Shown here: one piece after another, positions 21,427 through 31,744 of the stretch
Position numbering within the stretch: position 1 is the stretch's first letter
Layout: each line of letters begins with the position of its first letter
Assembly: GCA_963711565.1 (NCBI GenBank)
Contig: CAVQEQ010000003.1
Span: 1,248,001-1,312,000, forward strand
Direction of reading: 5' to 3'
Origin: an uncultured delta proteobacterium
GTDB lineage: Bacteria; Desulfobacterota; Binatia; Binatales; Binataceae
DNA: 64,000 nt
Made by a program: the position numbers and the translations under genes
The notes under the pieces: generated by a model
The model's input: the letters and a program-made list of their open reading frames with translations, nothing else
Databases searched by the model: none
What the model was told of the DNA's origin: nothing

Positions 21427-23103
21427 ATGGCGTATGATCTGATTATCAAGAACGGCACGGTCATCGACGGCACCGGTGCGTTTCGTCGCCGCGCCAACGT
21501 CGCGGTCAAAGACGGCAAGGTCGCCGAGATCGGCAAAGTCACCGACGCCGCCGCGGAAACGATCGATGCGTCGGACTTGATCGTCGCGCCCGGCTTTGTC
21601 GATCCGCATACTCACTACGATGCGCAGATCTGCTGGGACCCATTAGTCAGTTGCACTTCGTGGCACGGCGTCACGACCGTCGTGATGGGAAACTGCGGAG
21701 TCGGTATTGCTCCATGCAAGCCCGCGGCGCGCGAGGTGGCGGCGTGGGACCTGGTCAACGTCGAAGCGATTCCGTTCGACGCACTGTCGAAGGGGATTTC
21801 CTGGGAGTGGGAAACCTTTCCGGAATTCATCGCGGCGGCGGAACGGCGCGGCGCCGGAATCAATCTCGCGTTCCTGGCGCCACTAACCCCGTTTCGGCAT
21901 TACGTGCTCGGCGACGAGTCGATGGAGCGCGAGGCCACCCCCGACGAAACGGCGCGGGTTGCGGCTCTCCTCCGCGAGGCGGTCGATGCCGGTGCGTTCG
22001 GATTCTCCACGACGACGCTGCCGCAGCATATCGGCTACCAGGGACGTCCGCTCGCGTGCCGGCTGGCTTCGCTCGATGAGCTGAAGGCGTACGCGAACGT
22101 GCTGCGTGATGCGGGGCGCGGCGCGATCGAAGTGGCGCTCACGCGGCGCGCGGGCCGAATGTCGGAGGACGAGCAGGGGCTGCTGGAATTTCTCCTCGAT
22201 GAGAGCATGCGCCCGGTCACGTGGCTTGCGATGGCGAGCCGTCCCGACAAGCCCGAGGCCAGCGCCGACACCCTGCGGCGGCTCGAGCCGCTGATCAAAC
22301 GCGGCGGTGTGCCGCAGGTGTTGTGCCAGCCGTTCGTAGTGCAAATGGACTTGCGTAATCCATTTTCGTTCGCCGACATGGAGCTGTGGGGACCGGTATT
22401 CAATCAACCGCTCGAAAAGCAGAAGGAGTTTTACCGCAACGCCGAATTTCGCGGCGCGTTTCGCGAGGAGCTCAAGCGGCCGCATCTGTTCCAGGGCAAA
22501 TGGAATCGCGTTGAAGTGCTCGAAGTCGCGAGTCCGACGCTGAAGCAATATGAGCGCAAGACTGTCGGCGAGATCGCCGAGCAGCGCCACGAGGATCCGC
22601 TCGATACGTTCTTCGACCTCGCGCTCGAGGACGATCTGAACATCCAGTACACGATGCAGCAGTATCACGAGGAAGGGATTCAGCGGCTGATCGCGGACCC
22701 GCGAACGATGATCGGTCTGTCCGACGGCGGCGCGCACGTCAACATGCTGTGCGACGCGGGCTACTGCACCTACCTGCTCGGCACCTGGGTGCGCGAGCGC
22801 CAGGCGATGACGCTGGAGAGCGCGATCAAGCGAATCACGTCGGAGCCGGCGGACTTCTTCGGAATCAAGGACCGCGGACGACTCAAGGTCGGGCTGCCCG
22901 CCAACGTCGCGATCTTCGACGAGCGCAAAATCGGCTCGGCCAAACGCGCGCGCATGCAGAACGATTTACCCGGCGGCGGGCGCAGGCTCGTGATGCCGGC
23001 CGAAGGCGTCGAGTACACGATCGTCAACGGCAACGTCCTCTACGAGCACGGGCATCATTCGGGTTACTTGCCGGGTCAGGTGTTGAGGTCGGGCGCGCAG
23101 TAG
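21427..23103 (+). CDS. amidohydrolase, N-acyl-D-amino-acid deacylase family
   Basis: DLIIKNGTVIDGTG, PGFVDPHTHYD, GNCG, SDGGAH; GGAGG RBS. Confidence 0.93.
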   Translation: MAYDLIIKNGTVIDGTGAFRRRANVAVKDGKVAEIGKVTDAAAETIDASDLIVAPGFVDPHTHYDAQICWDPLVSCTSWHGVTTVVMGNCGVGIAPCKPAAREVAAWDLVNVEAIPFDALSKGISWEWETFPEFIAAAERRGAGINLAFLAPLTPFRHYVLGDESMEREATPDETARVAALLREAVDAGAFGFSTTTLPQHIGYQGRPLACRLASLDELKAYANVLRDAGRGAIEVALTRRAGRMSEDEQGLLEFLLDESMRPVTWLAMASRPDKPEASADTLRRLEPLIKRGGVPQVLCQPFVVQMDLRNPFSFADMELWGPVFNQPLEKQKEFYRNAEFRGAFREELKRPHLFQGKWNRVEVLEVASPTLKQYERKTVGEIAEQRHEDPLDTFFDLALEDDLNIQYTMQQYHEEGIQRLIADPRTMIGLSDGGAHVNMLCDAGYCTYLLGTWVRERQAMTLESAIKRITSEPADFFGIKDRGRLKVGLPANVAIFDERKIGSAKRARMQNDLPGGGRRLVMPAEGVEYTIVNGNVLYEHGHHSGYLPGQVLRSGAQ

Positions 23104-23118
23104 TCTTACCGCGCGGGG

Positions 23119-23772
23119 TTAGCTCTGTCGCGGCCAGCCGCGGTCCCATCGCCCGTCGTGGATACGCGGGAACACCGGCTTGCGCATTGGACGCTTGAAA
23201 GAGTCGGCCGGGTAACCCATCGGCACCAACGCGATCAGCTGATATTGGTCAGGCACCCCGAGAATCGCCTTGGTCTCGGACTCCTTGCTCGTGAGCATCG
23301 TCGTCATCGCGGTGCCGACGCCGACTGCGCGCGCCGCAAGCATCATCAGTTCGATCGCTGGGAAGATCGATCCGTAAGTCGCACCAAAGTTAAACAGATC
23401 GGCCGCACTGCCACGCTCGACGCGCATCTTCGGCCGATCGAGAAACACCACTACGTGCACCGGCACGATCGCGAGCTGCGCCGCAAACTCGTCGCCGGTC
23501 TTGATCGCCTTGATAGCGCGCGGCGACAGCGTCGTGCGGCCGCGGATAATCGCGCTGTCTTTGTACGGCTCCCAAACCGATTCGTATAGCTTCTGAATTT
23601 CGCGCCGCGCAGCCGCGTCGCGCACGACGACGAACTCCCACGGCTGCGCATTGGAACCCGACGGCGCCATGTTCGCCGTCTCAAGTATCTTCACTAGCTC
23701 CGCCTCCGGGATCGGACGGTCGATGAAACGGCGCATCGTCGGCGTTGAAGTGGCGACTTCGAAGAAATCCAT
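23119..23772 (-). CDS. nitroreductase family protein
   Basis: MRRF, APSGSNAQPWEFVVV, LAARAVGVG, VPMGYP. Confidence 0.9.
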   Translation of the reverse strand: MDFFEVATSTPTMRRFIDRPIPEAELVKILETANMAPSGSNAQPWEFVVVRDAAARREIQKLYESVWEPYKDSAIIRGRTTLSPRAIKAIKTGDEFAAQLAIVPVHVVVFLDRPKMRVERGSAADLFNFGATYGSIFPAIELMMLAARAVGVGTAMTTMLTSKESETKAILGVPDQYQLIALVPMGYPADSFKRPMRKPVFPRIHDGRWDRGWPRQS

Positions 23773-23787
23773 CGGCGGCCTCCGCGA

Positions 23788-24860
23788 CTAGACTAATTCG
23801 ATCGGATGTTCGCGCCGAGCGACCACGCGGCCGACGATCGCGGCCTCGCGATGCCCGCTGTCCTGAAGCTCCGCGACCAGCGCAAGCGCCTGCTCGGCGG
23901 GAATCGCGATCAGCAATCCGCCCGAAGTCTGCGGGTCGAACGCAATCGTCGCGATCTCGTCGGAAACTTCGTCGGAGATGCGGACGCTCGGCGCGTAGTA
24001 CTCGCGATTGCGATTGCCGCCGCCGGGCATCATTCCCGCGCGGCATTGCTCGATCACTCCGGGCAGCAGCGGCAAATCCGATTCGTCGAACACGATCGTA
24101 ACGTCGCTGCCATCGGCCATCTTGAGCGCATGACCGACGAGACCGAATCCGGTTATGTCGGTGGCGGCGTGAACGTCGTACTTCAGCATCGCGGATGCGG
24201 CCGCGGCGTTGAGTTGCGTCATCGAGCGGACGGCGGCCTGGTAGTGTTCGTCGGCGAGCGCGTCGCGCTTGAACGCGGTCAGTAAAATTCCGGTGCCGAG
24301 CGCCTTGCTCAGCACGAGCGCGTCGCCCACTTGCGCGCCGACGTTGCGCACGATTCGCCGCGGATCGATCACGCCGGTGATCGCCATTCCGAATTTCACT
24401 TCTTCGTCGCCGACGGTGTGGCCACCTACCACGACGACGCCGGCCTCGCGCGCTTTTTCGGCGGCGCCGCGCAGAATCTCGGCCAGCATCTCGCCCGGCA
24501 ATCCGGTTTGCGGCCAGCATACGATGTTGAGCGCGGTGCGTGGCACTCCGCCCATCGCGTAGACGTCCGAAAGCGCGTTGGCTGCTGAGATTTGTCCGTA
24601 GGTGAAAGGATCGTCCACCACCGGCGTGAAGAAATCGACGGTGTTCACGATCGCGAGGTCGTCGGAGAAGCGGAACACGCCGGCGTCGTCGCCGGTGGAG
24701 ATTCCGACGAGCAAATCGGGATGAGTCGGCAACTCGAGATGCTCGAGAACTCCGGCGAGGTCCGCCAGCCGAGCTTGCCGGCGCATCCCGCAGCCTTGCA
24801 TCGGGCAGTCAGCCGAAAGGTCTCGCCCGGCGCTGGATTGTTGTCCTTGGTGATGGACAT
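23788..24860 (-). CDS. selD: selenide, water dikinase, with apparent 1-nt frameshift near 24768
   Basis: The N-terminus MSITK...LTARCKAAGCAGKLG is in one frame. ADLAGVL...GDDAGV...TVDFFTPVVDDP...ANALSDVYAMGG...TDITGFGL...DPQTSGGLL is in another. Confidence 0.92.
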
Positions 24861-24966
24861 CGACGATATTGTCGCGCATCGCGCGGGCGAAGTCAGCCGC
24901 GCAAGCAAGGCCGGCGGCCACTTCTTTAGTGCTGACTGGTAGCGGCTGGGACTCCGAGCTGTTCGA

Positions 24967-25959
24967 TTATGCCGGCTCCGGCTCGTACCCTGCCCTTTCG
25001 ATCAGTTCGCGCGTTCTCGCCCAGTCCCATCCTGCGGTCGTCAGGTAGCCGTTTACGAAGATCGAATTGACCGCGTTGAACAGGTCCGCCTGGCGCGCGC
25101 CCACGTTCAATTCGCGCCCGCCTGCCGCGCGAACTTCGCTGCGCGGATTCAGAAGACGGAACAGGCACGCCGCCTTGAGACATTTCTCGGGCGTGAGCGC
25201 GCGCTGCGCTTCGAGCGGAGTGCCCTTAATCGGATGCAGAAAATTCAGCGGCACCGAATCGATCGCAAGCCGCCGCGTCGAGTACGCGAGATCGAGAATG
25301 TCGTCGTCGGTCTCGCCCATCCCGATGATCCCGCCCGAGCACGTCGACAATCCCGCCGCGCGCACGTTCTCGATCGTCTCTATGCGGTCGTCATAGGTGT
25401 GGGTCGTGCAGATTTCCGGATAGAAACGGCGACTGGTGTTGAGGTTGTGATTTATCCATCCGGCGCCCGCGCTCTTGAGCTCGCCCGCATCCTCGCGATT
25501 CATCAGGCCGATCGACAGGCACAGCTCGAGCCCCGGCAGCTCGGCGCGGATCCGATCGCACGCCTCGCCGAGATGCTCGACATCCTGCCGCGCCGGGCCA
25601 CGCATGCTGCAGACCATGCAGTAGCGGCGCGCGCCGCTCTCAACCGCGATTCGCGCACCCTCAATCAATTGGGCGACGCTCTGCATCTTGTAAACCGGAA
25701 TGTCGGCCTTCGAGATTTTCGATTGCGAGCAGTAGGAGCAATCCTCGGGACAGATGCCGCTCTGCGCGTTGCGCAGCATGCAAATCTTTACGCGGCGGCC
25801 GAATGCGGCCTCGCGCACGGTGCGCGTCGCCGCGAGCAAATCTCCTAGCCGCTCGTCGGGACAATTCAGGATTGCCATGGCGGCCTCGCGTGCGATTTCT
25901 TTCCCGGCCAGAACTTCTTCGACCATGCGATCGAGATCGATATCCTCAAACTTCAACAT
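24967..25959 (-). CDS. bioB: biotin synthase
   Basis: Radical SAM motif CPEDCSYCSQS, NHNLNTS, CSGGIIGMGE, SVPLNFL, GYLT. Confidence 0.96.
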   Translation of the reverse strand: MLKFEDIDLDRMVEEVLAGKEIAREAAMAILNCPDERLGDLLAATRTVREAAFGRRVKICMLRNAQSGICPEDCSYCSQSKISKADIPVYKMQSVAQLIEGARIAVESGARRYCMVCSMRGPARQDVEHLGEACDRIRAELPGLELCLSIGLMNREDAGELKSAGAGWINHNLNTSRRFYPEICTTHTYDDRIETIENVRAAGLSTCSGGIIGMGETDDDILDLAYSTRRLAIDSVPLNFLHPIKGTPLEAQRALTPEKCLKAACLFRLLNPRSEVRAAGGRELNVGARQADLFNAVNSIFVNGYLTTAGWDWARTRELIERAGYEPEPA

Positions 25960-26035
25960 CACCGAATTCCTTTATCGCGCGAACTGGGCGCGCCGCACAT
26001 TTAGAGGTTTCCCGAAGCTGGATCAAGCGGCGCCA

Positions 26036-27685
26036 CTATTCGCGCGGGCGGACAGGAGGCTCGTACATTCGCTGCTCCCGTTTCTCGCCTTCCTCCTCCA
26101 CCTGTTTCATCTCCACTGATACCACCCCCGCCGGACGCTTGATCCGCTTTGCCGCGCCGAGCCGCCGCGTCCGCAGGGAGTATATGATGCTCACTGCCAG
26201 CCGCAGCATCAGCAGGATCGTGAACATCACGCACAGCCGGCCGAACCAGTCGTCGGCGCGCGAGTACAACGTGCGGCCGGTGCCCACCGGTAGGTCGGCG
26301 GTCGCCATCGTGTCTTCGCCAAGCATAGGCTCGCGCGCCGCGATCTCGCGGCCGCGGGAATCATTCGCCGAGAGCATCCCGCCCCGTGCCGCGCGCGCAA
26401 GCGAGAAGCCCGATTCGACGCCGCGCACCACCGCCATCCGCTGATGGATCACTTCCGATCCTTCCCAATCCGACGCGGGCGCGACCACCACACGCACGTC
26501 ATGCGCCGCAAGCTCGCGCGCGGTTTCGGGAAAATCCAGGTCCTGCGAGATCAGCACCGCGGTGCGGCCCCACGGCGCGTCAAAGATCGCCGGCTTCCGT
26601 CCCGCCTTGTAGTCCGATTCGAGACTCGGGATCAGATGATGCTTGGCGTAGGACGCCGCGATCTTGCCGTCGGGTGCGAATACAACGGCGATATTTCTCT
26701 TCGGCGTGCGCCCGATCTGGTTCACCCCGACCACCAGCCACACGTGGGACAGCTGCGCGACTCGCTGCAGTCCGAGCACAACGTCCCATTCGTAGCTCGG
26801 CGCGACCCCGATGATCTTTTCGGGCGTGACGACGATCTGCGCTCCGCTGCTGGCGGCCTGGCGCACCAACTTTGAGTAATGCGTGAGAACCTCGGCGGCG
26901 TCGGTCGGGTCCGTGGACTCGGACTCCGCTATCATGGACTCACTCGAGACCATCGCGACTCGCACCGACGGAGTCTGGGGAGTCAGAATCAGGCGCGTCC
27001 ATCCAAACATTAGTGCGAGCGCGAAAACGCTGACCGCCATTATCGCCGGATGCGTCCAGTCCATGTGCCATCGGCGCCGATACCACGCCACCGCCAGGCC
27101 CGCCGGCAACAACGACATCACGAACATCACGCCGCACATCCCCAGCCACGACGCGGTCTGCAGCAGCGGTAGAAAATCAACTTGCGAGTAGGCCGGACTG
27201 CCCCAAGTGCCGTGGGGAGACTCCAGCGAGAGCGAATAGTAGAAGGCGGTCTCGAAGGTCGGGAAGACCAGCGCCGCCAACACTCCCGACCAGCGCCGCG
27301 TCGCCTCGGCCGCCGCGGCGACGAAGGTCGCAAAGACGATTGCGCCTGCCAGATGCGACGCCAATATCGTCACCAACGGCACCGCGAAACTCTCACCACC
27401 CCATGCCACCAGGTTGCCGACGAGAAAGGCCACGAACGCCAGCTCCGCGCCAATTTCAGTCCCGACTTCGGGCGCCACCGCGAGAATCGGCAGAGGCGCA
27501 AACAGCCCGCACAGCCACAACCTGGTATCGGTGGCCGAAAGAGTGAAGAGCAACGCCGTCGCCAATGCGCCCAGCGCTGGAATGACGAGGTCGCTCGAGG
27601 GATCCGGAGGCCTGCCCAGTATGCTGGAAGGACGTGGCCGATAGTCACCCGGCCGCAACGAATCGACCATTGGGCGGTCGGCCAT
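26036..27685 (-). CDS. apolipoprotein N-acyltransferase-like membrane protein with carbon-nitrogen hydrolase domain
   Basis: N-terminal TM helices with HGTWGSPAYSQ; nitrilase fold with PE, YAKHHL, ISQDLDF, RGVESG. Confidence 0.85.
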   Translation of the reverse strand: MADRPMVDSLRPGDYRPRPSSILGRPPDPSSDLVIPALGALATALLFTLSATDTRLWLCGLFAPLPILAVAPEVGTEIGAELAFVAFLVGNLVAWGGESFAVPLVTILASHLAGAIVFATFVAAAAEATRRWSGVLAALVFPTFETAFYYSLSLESPHGTWGSPAYSQVDFLPLLQTASWLGMCGVMFVMSLLPAGLAVAWYRRRWHMDWTHPAIMAVSVFALALMFGWTRLILTPQTPSVRVAMVSSESMIAESESTDPTDAAEVLTHYSKLVRQAASSGAQIVVTPEKIIGVAPSYEWDVVLGLQRVAQLSHVWLVVGVNQIGRTPKRNIAVVFAPDGKIAASYAKHHLIPSLESDYKAGRKPAIFDAPWGRTAVLISQDLDFPETARELAAHDVRVVVAPASDWEGSEVIHQRMAVVRGVESGFSLARAARGGMLSANDSRGREIAAREPMLGEDTMATADLPVGTGRTLYSRADDWFGRLCVMFTILLMLRLAVSIIYSLRTRRLGAAKRIKRPAGVVSVEMKQVEEEGEKREQRMYEPPVRPRE

Positions 27686-27690
27686 ATTGG

Positions 27691-28566
27691 TCAGACTTGG
27701 GTGCGCGACGAGCTCAGCGTTCCCGCCGGCTTTGGCGCGTTCGCGATCAGTCCTTCGTTGAGCGATCCCGAGCGAAAGCCCTTTAGATCGATCGCGACGA
27801 ATCGAAACCCGATTTCTTTGAACTCGCGCTCGATCGTTTCGCGATTCGCCGGCTCGAAGATGCGCGCGATCTCGCTCTGCTCGAGCTCCAGCCGCGCGAC
27901 CTCGCCATGGTACCGCACGCGCGCGACCGCAAAGCCCATCGAATGAAGCAGCTTCTCCCCCGCCGCGACTCTCTTCAGCCCGTCAGGCGTGATCGTTGTG
28001 CCGTACGGAAACCGCGACGACAGGCACGGCGACGCGGGACGATCCCACGTCGGCAACCCCATCGCGCGCGACAGCGCGCGCACGTCGGCCTTGGTCATCT
28101 CGGCTTCGACCAGCGGATGGCGTACGCGCTTCTCGCTCGCGGCCTGCATCCCGGGGCGATAGTCATTCAGGTCGTCGAGGTTGAGACCGTCAACAATCTC
28201 GTCGATCCCAAGCTCGGCGCCCTTCGCCTCGCACACCGTGAACAGGTTGTGCTTGCACAGGTAGCATCGGTTGATCGGATTCGCCGCGTAGCCGGGAATC
28301 TCGAGTTCGTTGGACTCGACGATCAGGTGACGCGCGCCAATCAGCCGCGCCATCGCGATCGCCGACTCGCGATCCTCGTCGGGCATCGTCGGCGAAGTCG
28401 TCGTCAGCGCGAGCACCGCGTCGCCAAGCACCTCGTGCGCAACGTTCAATACGAACGTGGAATCGACGCCGCCGGAAAACGCCACGATAAGGCTGCGCAT
28501 CGGCGCAAACATCGCGCGCATCCGCTCCAGCTTCGCATCAAGCGTTTTCGTTTTCGACGTATCCAT
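27691..28566 (-). CDS. larE: ATP-dependent sulfur transferase LarE (TIGR00268 PP-loop)
   Basis: AFSGGVDS, NRCYLCK, DYRPG, PCLSSRFPYG, GFRSGSLN. Confidence 0.93.
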   Translation of the reverse strand: MDTSKTKTLDAKLERMRAMFAPMRSLIVAFSGGVDSTFVLNVAHEVLGDAVLALTTTSPTMPDEDRESAIAMARLIGARHLIVESNELEIPGYAANPINRCYLCKHNLFTVCEAKGAELGIDEIVDGLNLDDLNDYRPGMQAASEKRVRHPLVEAEMTKADVRALSRAMGLPTWDRPASPCLSSRFPYGTTITPDGLKRVAAGEKLLHSMGFAVARVRYHGEVARLELEQSEIARIFEPANRETIEREFKEIGFRFVAIDLKGFRSGSLNEGLIANAPKPAGTLSSSRTQV

Positions 28567-28571
28567 CGAAA

Positions 28572-29507
28572 TCAGATGCCCTCGGCCTGGAAAAGATCGG
28601 TCGTCAAGTAGCGCTCGCCCGTATCGCAGAAGACTACGACCACGACGTTGCCCTTGCCGAGCCGCTTGGCCACCTGCAGCGCCGCGTAGCAATTCGCGCC
28701 CGACGAGATTCCGACTAGCATGCCTTCTTCGCGCGCGAGACGGCGCGAGAACAGGGTCGCGTCCTCGTCGCTGACGGGGATTATCTCGTCGTAAACCTTG
28801 GTGTCGAGATTGCTCGGAATGAAGCCGGCGCCGATCCCCTGTATCTTATGGAAGCCCGGCTCGCCGCCCGACAACACCTGCGAGTTCTTCGGCTCGACGG
28901 CGACGATCAGCACTCGTTTGTCGAGATGCTCGCGCAGGTAGTGCCCCGCGCCGGTGATCGTCCCGCCCGTGCCGACGCCCGCGACAAACGCGTCGATGCT
29001 CTTGAACTGCTGGAGCAGCTCCGGCCCGGTGCATCGATAATGGATGTCGGGGTTGGCGGTGTTGCTGAATTGCTGCGGCATGAAGTAGCCGGGATTCTCG
29101 CGGCACAGCTCCTCGGCCTTCGCGATCGCGCCATGCATCCCGCGCGTATCCGGCGTCAGCACCAGCTTGGCGCCGTAAGCGACGAGCAACGAGCGCCGCT
29201 CCTCGCTCATCGTATCCGGCATCGTCAGGATGAGCTTGTAGCCCTTGACGGCTGCAACCAGCGCCAGCCCAATCCCGGTATTCCCCGAGGTCGGCTCGAC
29301 GATCGTATCGCCCGGCTTGAGCCGCCCGGACTTCTCCGCCGCCTCGACCATCGCAAGGCAAATCCGATCTTTTACGCTACCGCCCGGATTGAAATTCTCG
29401 AGCTTCGCCCAAATTTCGGCATCATCTTTGCCGGGGATACGGTTGAGCCGCACCACTGGCGTATTCCCAATAAGATCAAGCGGCGACTGCGCAACGCTGA
29501 TAGGCAT
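28572..29507 (-). CDS. cysK: cysteine synthase A
   Basis: [52 protein letters not shown]. Confidence 0.96.
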   Translation of the reverse strand: MPISVAQSPLDLIGNTPVVRLNRIPGKDDAEIWAKLENFNPGGSVKDRICLAMVEAAEKSGRLKPGDTIVEPTSGNTGIGLALVAAVKGYKLILTMPDTMSEERRSLLVAYGAKLVLTPDTRGMHGAIAKAEELCRENPGYFMPQQFSNTANPDIHYRCTGPELLQQFKSIDAFVAGVGTGGTITGAGHYLREHLDKRVLIVAVEPKNSQVLSGGEPGFHKIQGIGAGFIPSNLDTKVYDEIIPVSDEDATLFSRRLAREEGMLVGISSGANCYAALQVAKRLGKGNVVVVVFCDTGERYLTTDLFQAEGI

Positions 29508-29885
29508 AGAGCCGATTCTATCCAGAAAATATCGCGGTTGCGAATCTCCAAAGTTGCAACGATTTTGATCGGGGGACGTTCCAGGCGCGAAAAGCCATTC
29601 TCTTCCATTTCCGCGGGGCGAGGTTGGTTCGCGGTGCTGGCGGTAGAGCAATAACCCATCCTGTTCCGACGGCAGATTGGCGAAGGTTGGACCGACGAGC
29701 ATCGGCGCCATCGGGGACATTGCTGACACCTGGTTGCGGACGTCCGGTCGATTGTGATGCGAATTCAAAGCGTGATGAATAGAGCGGGCGGTGATCGAAA
29801 GCATTCGAACATCGTCGCCAGTTTGGCACCATCGATGGGAAAGCGTAAGGCGGAAAAGTTCAGGGGGAAGAAAATGCGAAGTGAG

Positions 29886-29978
29886 ATGCGGGGCTCCTCG
29901 CCCCGCGCCCTCGGCAGGGGTGACCCCTGCACCCAGTGTGAAGCGCAAAGTTGCGCGCATCGCGCTACTTTGCTCTCA
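29886..29978 (+). repeat. ~95-bp two-hairpin dispersed repeat, copy A
   Basis: GGCAGGGGTGACCCCTGCACCCA core and ...GCTCTCA end, shared with 33007-33109 and 36791-36888. Confidence 0.75.
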
Positions 29979-30145
29979 GGGGCGGTGGCTCTCGATTGCA
30001 GGGCGAGGCGAAGTACTGCGCGCCGGGTTATGCAAAGATTTCCTGCGAGGGAGTGGATCATGGGGAGGGTCCGCTTGCAGCGCGCGCATCCCGCGCGCGA
30101 TTCAAGATTCTGCTTCAGCATATATCACCCTCTACTCTCTCACTG

Positions 30146-30171
30146 TGTCATTCAGAGCGCAGCGAAGAATC
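30146..30171 (+). repeat. TGTCAT-type REP
   Basis: TGTCATTCAGAGCGCAGCGAAGAATC; inverted partner at 32927-32953. Confidence 0.75.
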
Positions 30172-30229
30172 CCGGCTCCGTCAGGATCTGATGATCGCTA
30201 AATGCGAGAGGCGCAAAATCAAGAGGAAG

Positions 30230-30369
30230 ATGGGCCCGATCCTTATTCTGGACAAATCGGCGCTTCAGTCTCTCTCTCGGAGGGAGGTGTGGCGACTAAG
30301 GAAGCACTTTTCGCTGAACGTGCCGCCCATACTGATTGCCGAAATCTTGGGAGACTTGGCGAAAGCTGA
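30230..30369 (+). pseudogene. 5' fragment of a hypothetical (possibly PIN-like) gene truncated by IS3
   Basis: AGAGGA RBS, then MGPILILDKSALQSLS...NVPPILIAEILGDLAK reading into the IS left end. Confidence 0.6.
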
Positions 30370-30435
30370 TGGCCTGCACCCCGAAAACTCCGCCGAAATG
30401 AGGTAGAGTCCGTCGCCTGAAAAGGAGACGGGCAA

Positions 30436-30702
30436 ATGAAAGGAAGCCGCTTCACGGAGGAGCAGATCATCGGGGTGCTACGCGAGCAGGAGGCAGGGGC
30501 CAGGACTGAAGAGGTGTGCCGGCGCCACGGGGTCTCGAGCGCAACTTTTTACAAGTGGAAATCGAAGTACGGCGGGCTGGAGGTGTCGGACGCCAGGCGG
30601 CTCAAGGCGCTTGAGGATGAGAACCGCCGCCTGAAGCGACTGTTGGCCGACTCGCTGTTGGACAACGCGGCGCTCAAGGACCTGCTCGGAAAAAACGTCT
30701 GA
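30436..30702 (+). CDS. IS3 transposase OrfA (HTH)
   Basis: [17 protein letters not shown]...[10 protein letters not shown]...[13 protein letters not shown]; ends at slippery A-AAA-AAC (30690-30696). Confidence 0.95.
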   Translation: MKGSRFTEEQIIGVLREQEAGARTEEVCRRHGVSSATFYKWKSKYGGLEVSDARRLKALEDENRRLKRLLADSLLDNAALKDLLGKNV

Positions 30703-30725
30703 AGCCTGCGGCGCGGCGAGTAGCA

Positions 30726-31625
30726 GTGATTCGGGTAATAGAGCGTCACGGGCTGAGTCAGCGGCGTGCGTGCGAGCTGGTCGGGTTGGATCGTTCGACT
30801 CTGCGCTACCGGTGCAGACGACCGGACGACTCGGCACTAAGGCAGCGGCTTAGGGAGCTGGCCGCGGAGCGGCGGCGCTTCGGGTACCGGCGATTAGGAT
30901 GGATGCTGGCGCGCGAAGGTCACGCGCTGAACCACAAGAAGCTTTATCGATTGTACCGCGAAGAGCGGCTGATGGTGCGCCGGCGTCGAGGGCGCAAGCG
31001 GGCACTAGGTACGCGAGCGCCGATGACGCTGCCGATCAGAATCAACCAGCGCTGGTCGCTCGACTTCGTCTCGGACACGCTGAGCGACGGCCGTCGCTTC
31101 CGCATCCTGTGCGTGGTGGACGACTTTAGCCGCGAGTGCCTGGCCACGGTGGTCGACACCTCACTAGGCGGAGTACGCGTGGTGCGCGAATTGGAGCGGC
31201 TCACGATCGAACGAGCGCTGCCGGAGACGGTGGTTAGCGACAATGGAACCGAACTCACCAGTGGTGCGGTGCTGCGCTGGGCAACGAGAAGGGTCGCGTG
31301 GCACTACATCGAGCCGGGCAAGCCGGTGCAGAACGCCTTCATCGAATCGTTCAACAGCAAGTTGCGCGACGAGTGCCTTAACGAGTACGTGTTCTCAAGC
31401 CTCGGTGAAGCGCGCGCGATCATCGAGGCGTGGCGGCACGACTACAACCACCTGCGCCCGCACTCTAGTCTCGGCTACCTCGCACCGGAGGAGTTCGCGG
31501 CAAGGAATCAAGGGAGCTCGGCCGTCGCGCGCACCGCTTGGCCAGCAGGGCTGGCCGGCGCGGTGCAAGGCGCGCCGACCTCGGATCCAAAACCAGACAG
31601 TTTTCCAGCCGCCCTCAGAGAGTGA
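30726..31625 (+). CDS. IS3 transposase OrfB (DDE integrase core), -1 frame relative to OrfA
   Basis: [49 protein letters not shown]. Confidence 0.95.
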   Translation: MIRVIERHGLSQRRACELVGLDRSTLRYRCRRPDDSALRQRLRELAAERRRFGYRRLGWMLAREGHALNHKKLYRLYREERLMVRRRRGRKRALGTRAPMTLPIRINQRWSLDFVSDTLSDGRRFRILCVVDDFSRECLATVVDTSLGGVRVVRELERLTIERALPETVVSDNGTELTSGAVLRWATRRVAWHYIEPGKPVQNAFIESFNSKLRDECLNEYVFSSLGEARAIIEAWRHDYNHLRPHSSLGYLAPEEFAARNQGSSAVARTAWPAGLAGAVQGAPTSDPKPDSFPAALRE

Positions 31626-31744
31626 AGGGCGGCCGGAAAAACTGGGATGAAGATGAAACCAAAGCCACAAACAACACACCCCAGGAGGGGCGAAATAACC
31701 GACGGACTCTACTTATAACTGGCGGGAAATTGGGGTGCAGGCCA

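Larger units (their letters stand above)
30370..31744 (+). mobile_element. IS3-family insertion sequence (IS407-like group)
   Basis: TG...CA ends with IRs TGGCCTGCACCCCGAAAACTCCGCC / GGCGGGAAATTGGGGTGCAGGCCA; orfA plus orfB; no target duplication visible. Confidence 0.95.

Noticed and set aside
24780-24790. Selenocysteine (UGA) recoding in selD
   Set aside because: The active-site codon is TGC; the ORF break is a frameshift, not an in-frame TGA.
28572-29960. Long N-terminal extensions in the ORF track (cysK; likewise larE, phaC, the methyltransferase and gap)
   Set aside because: Family homology and RBS positions indicate downstream starts; the extensions run through intergenic repeats or neighbouring genes.
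30686-30730. OrfA/OrfB break as a mutation or novelty
   Set aside because: Standard IS3 programmed -1 frameshift at A-AAA-AAC.
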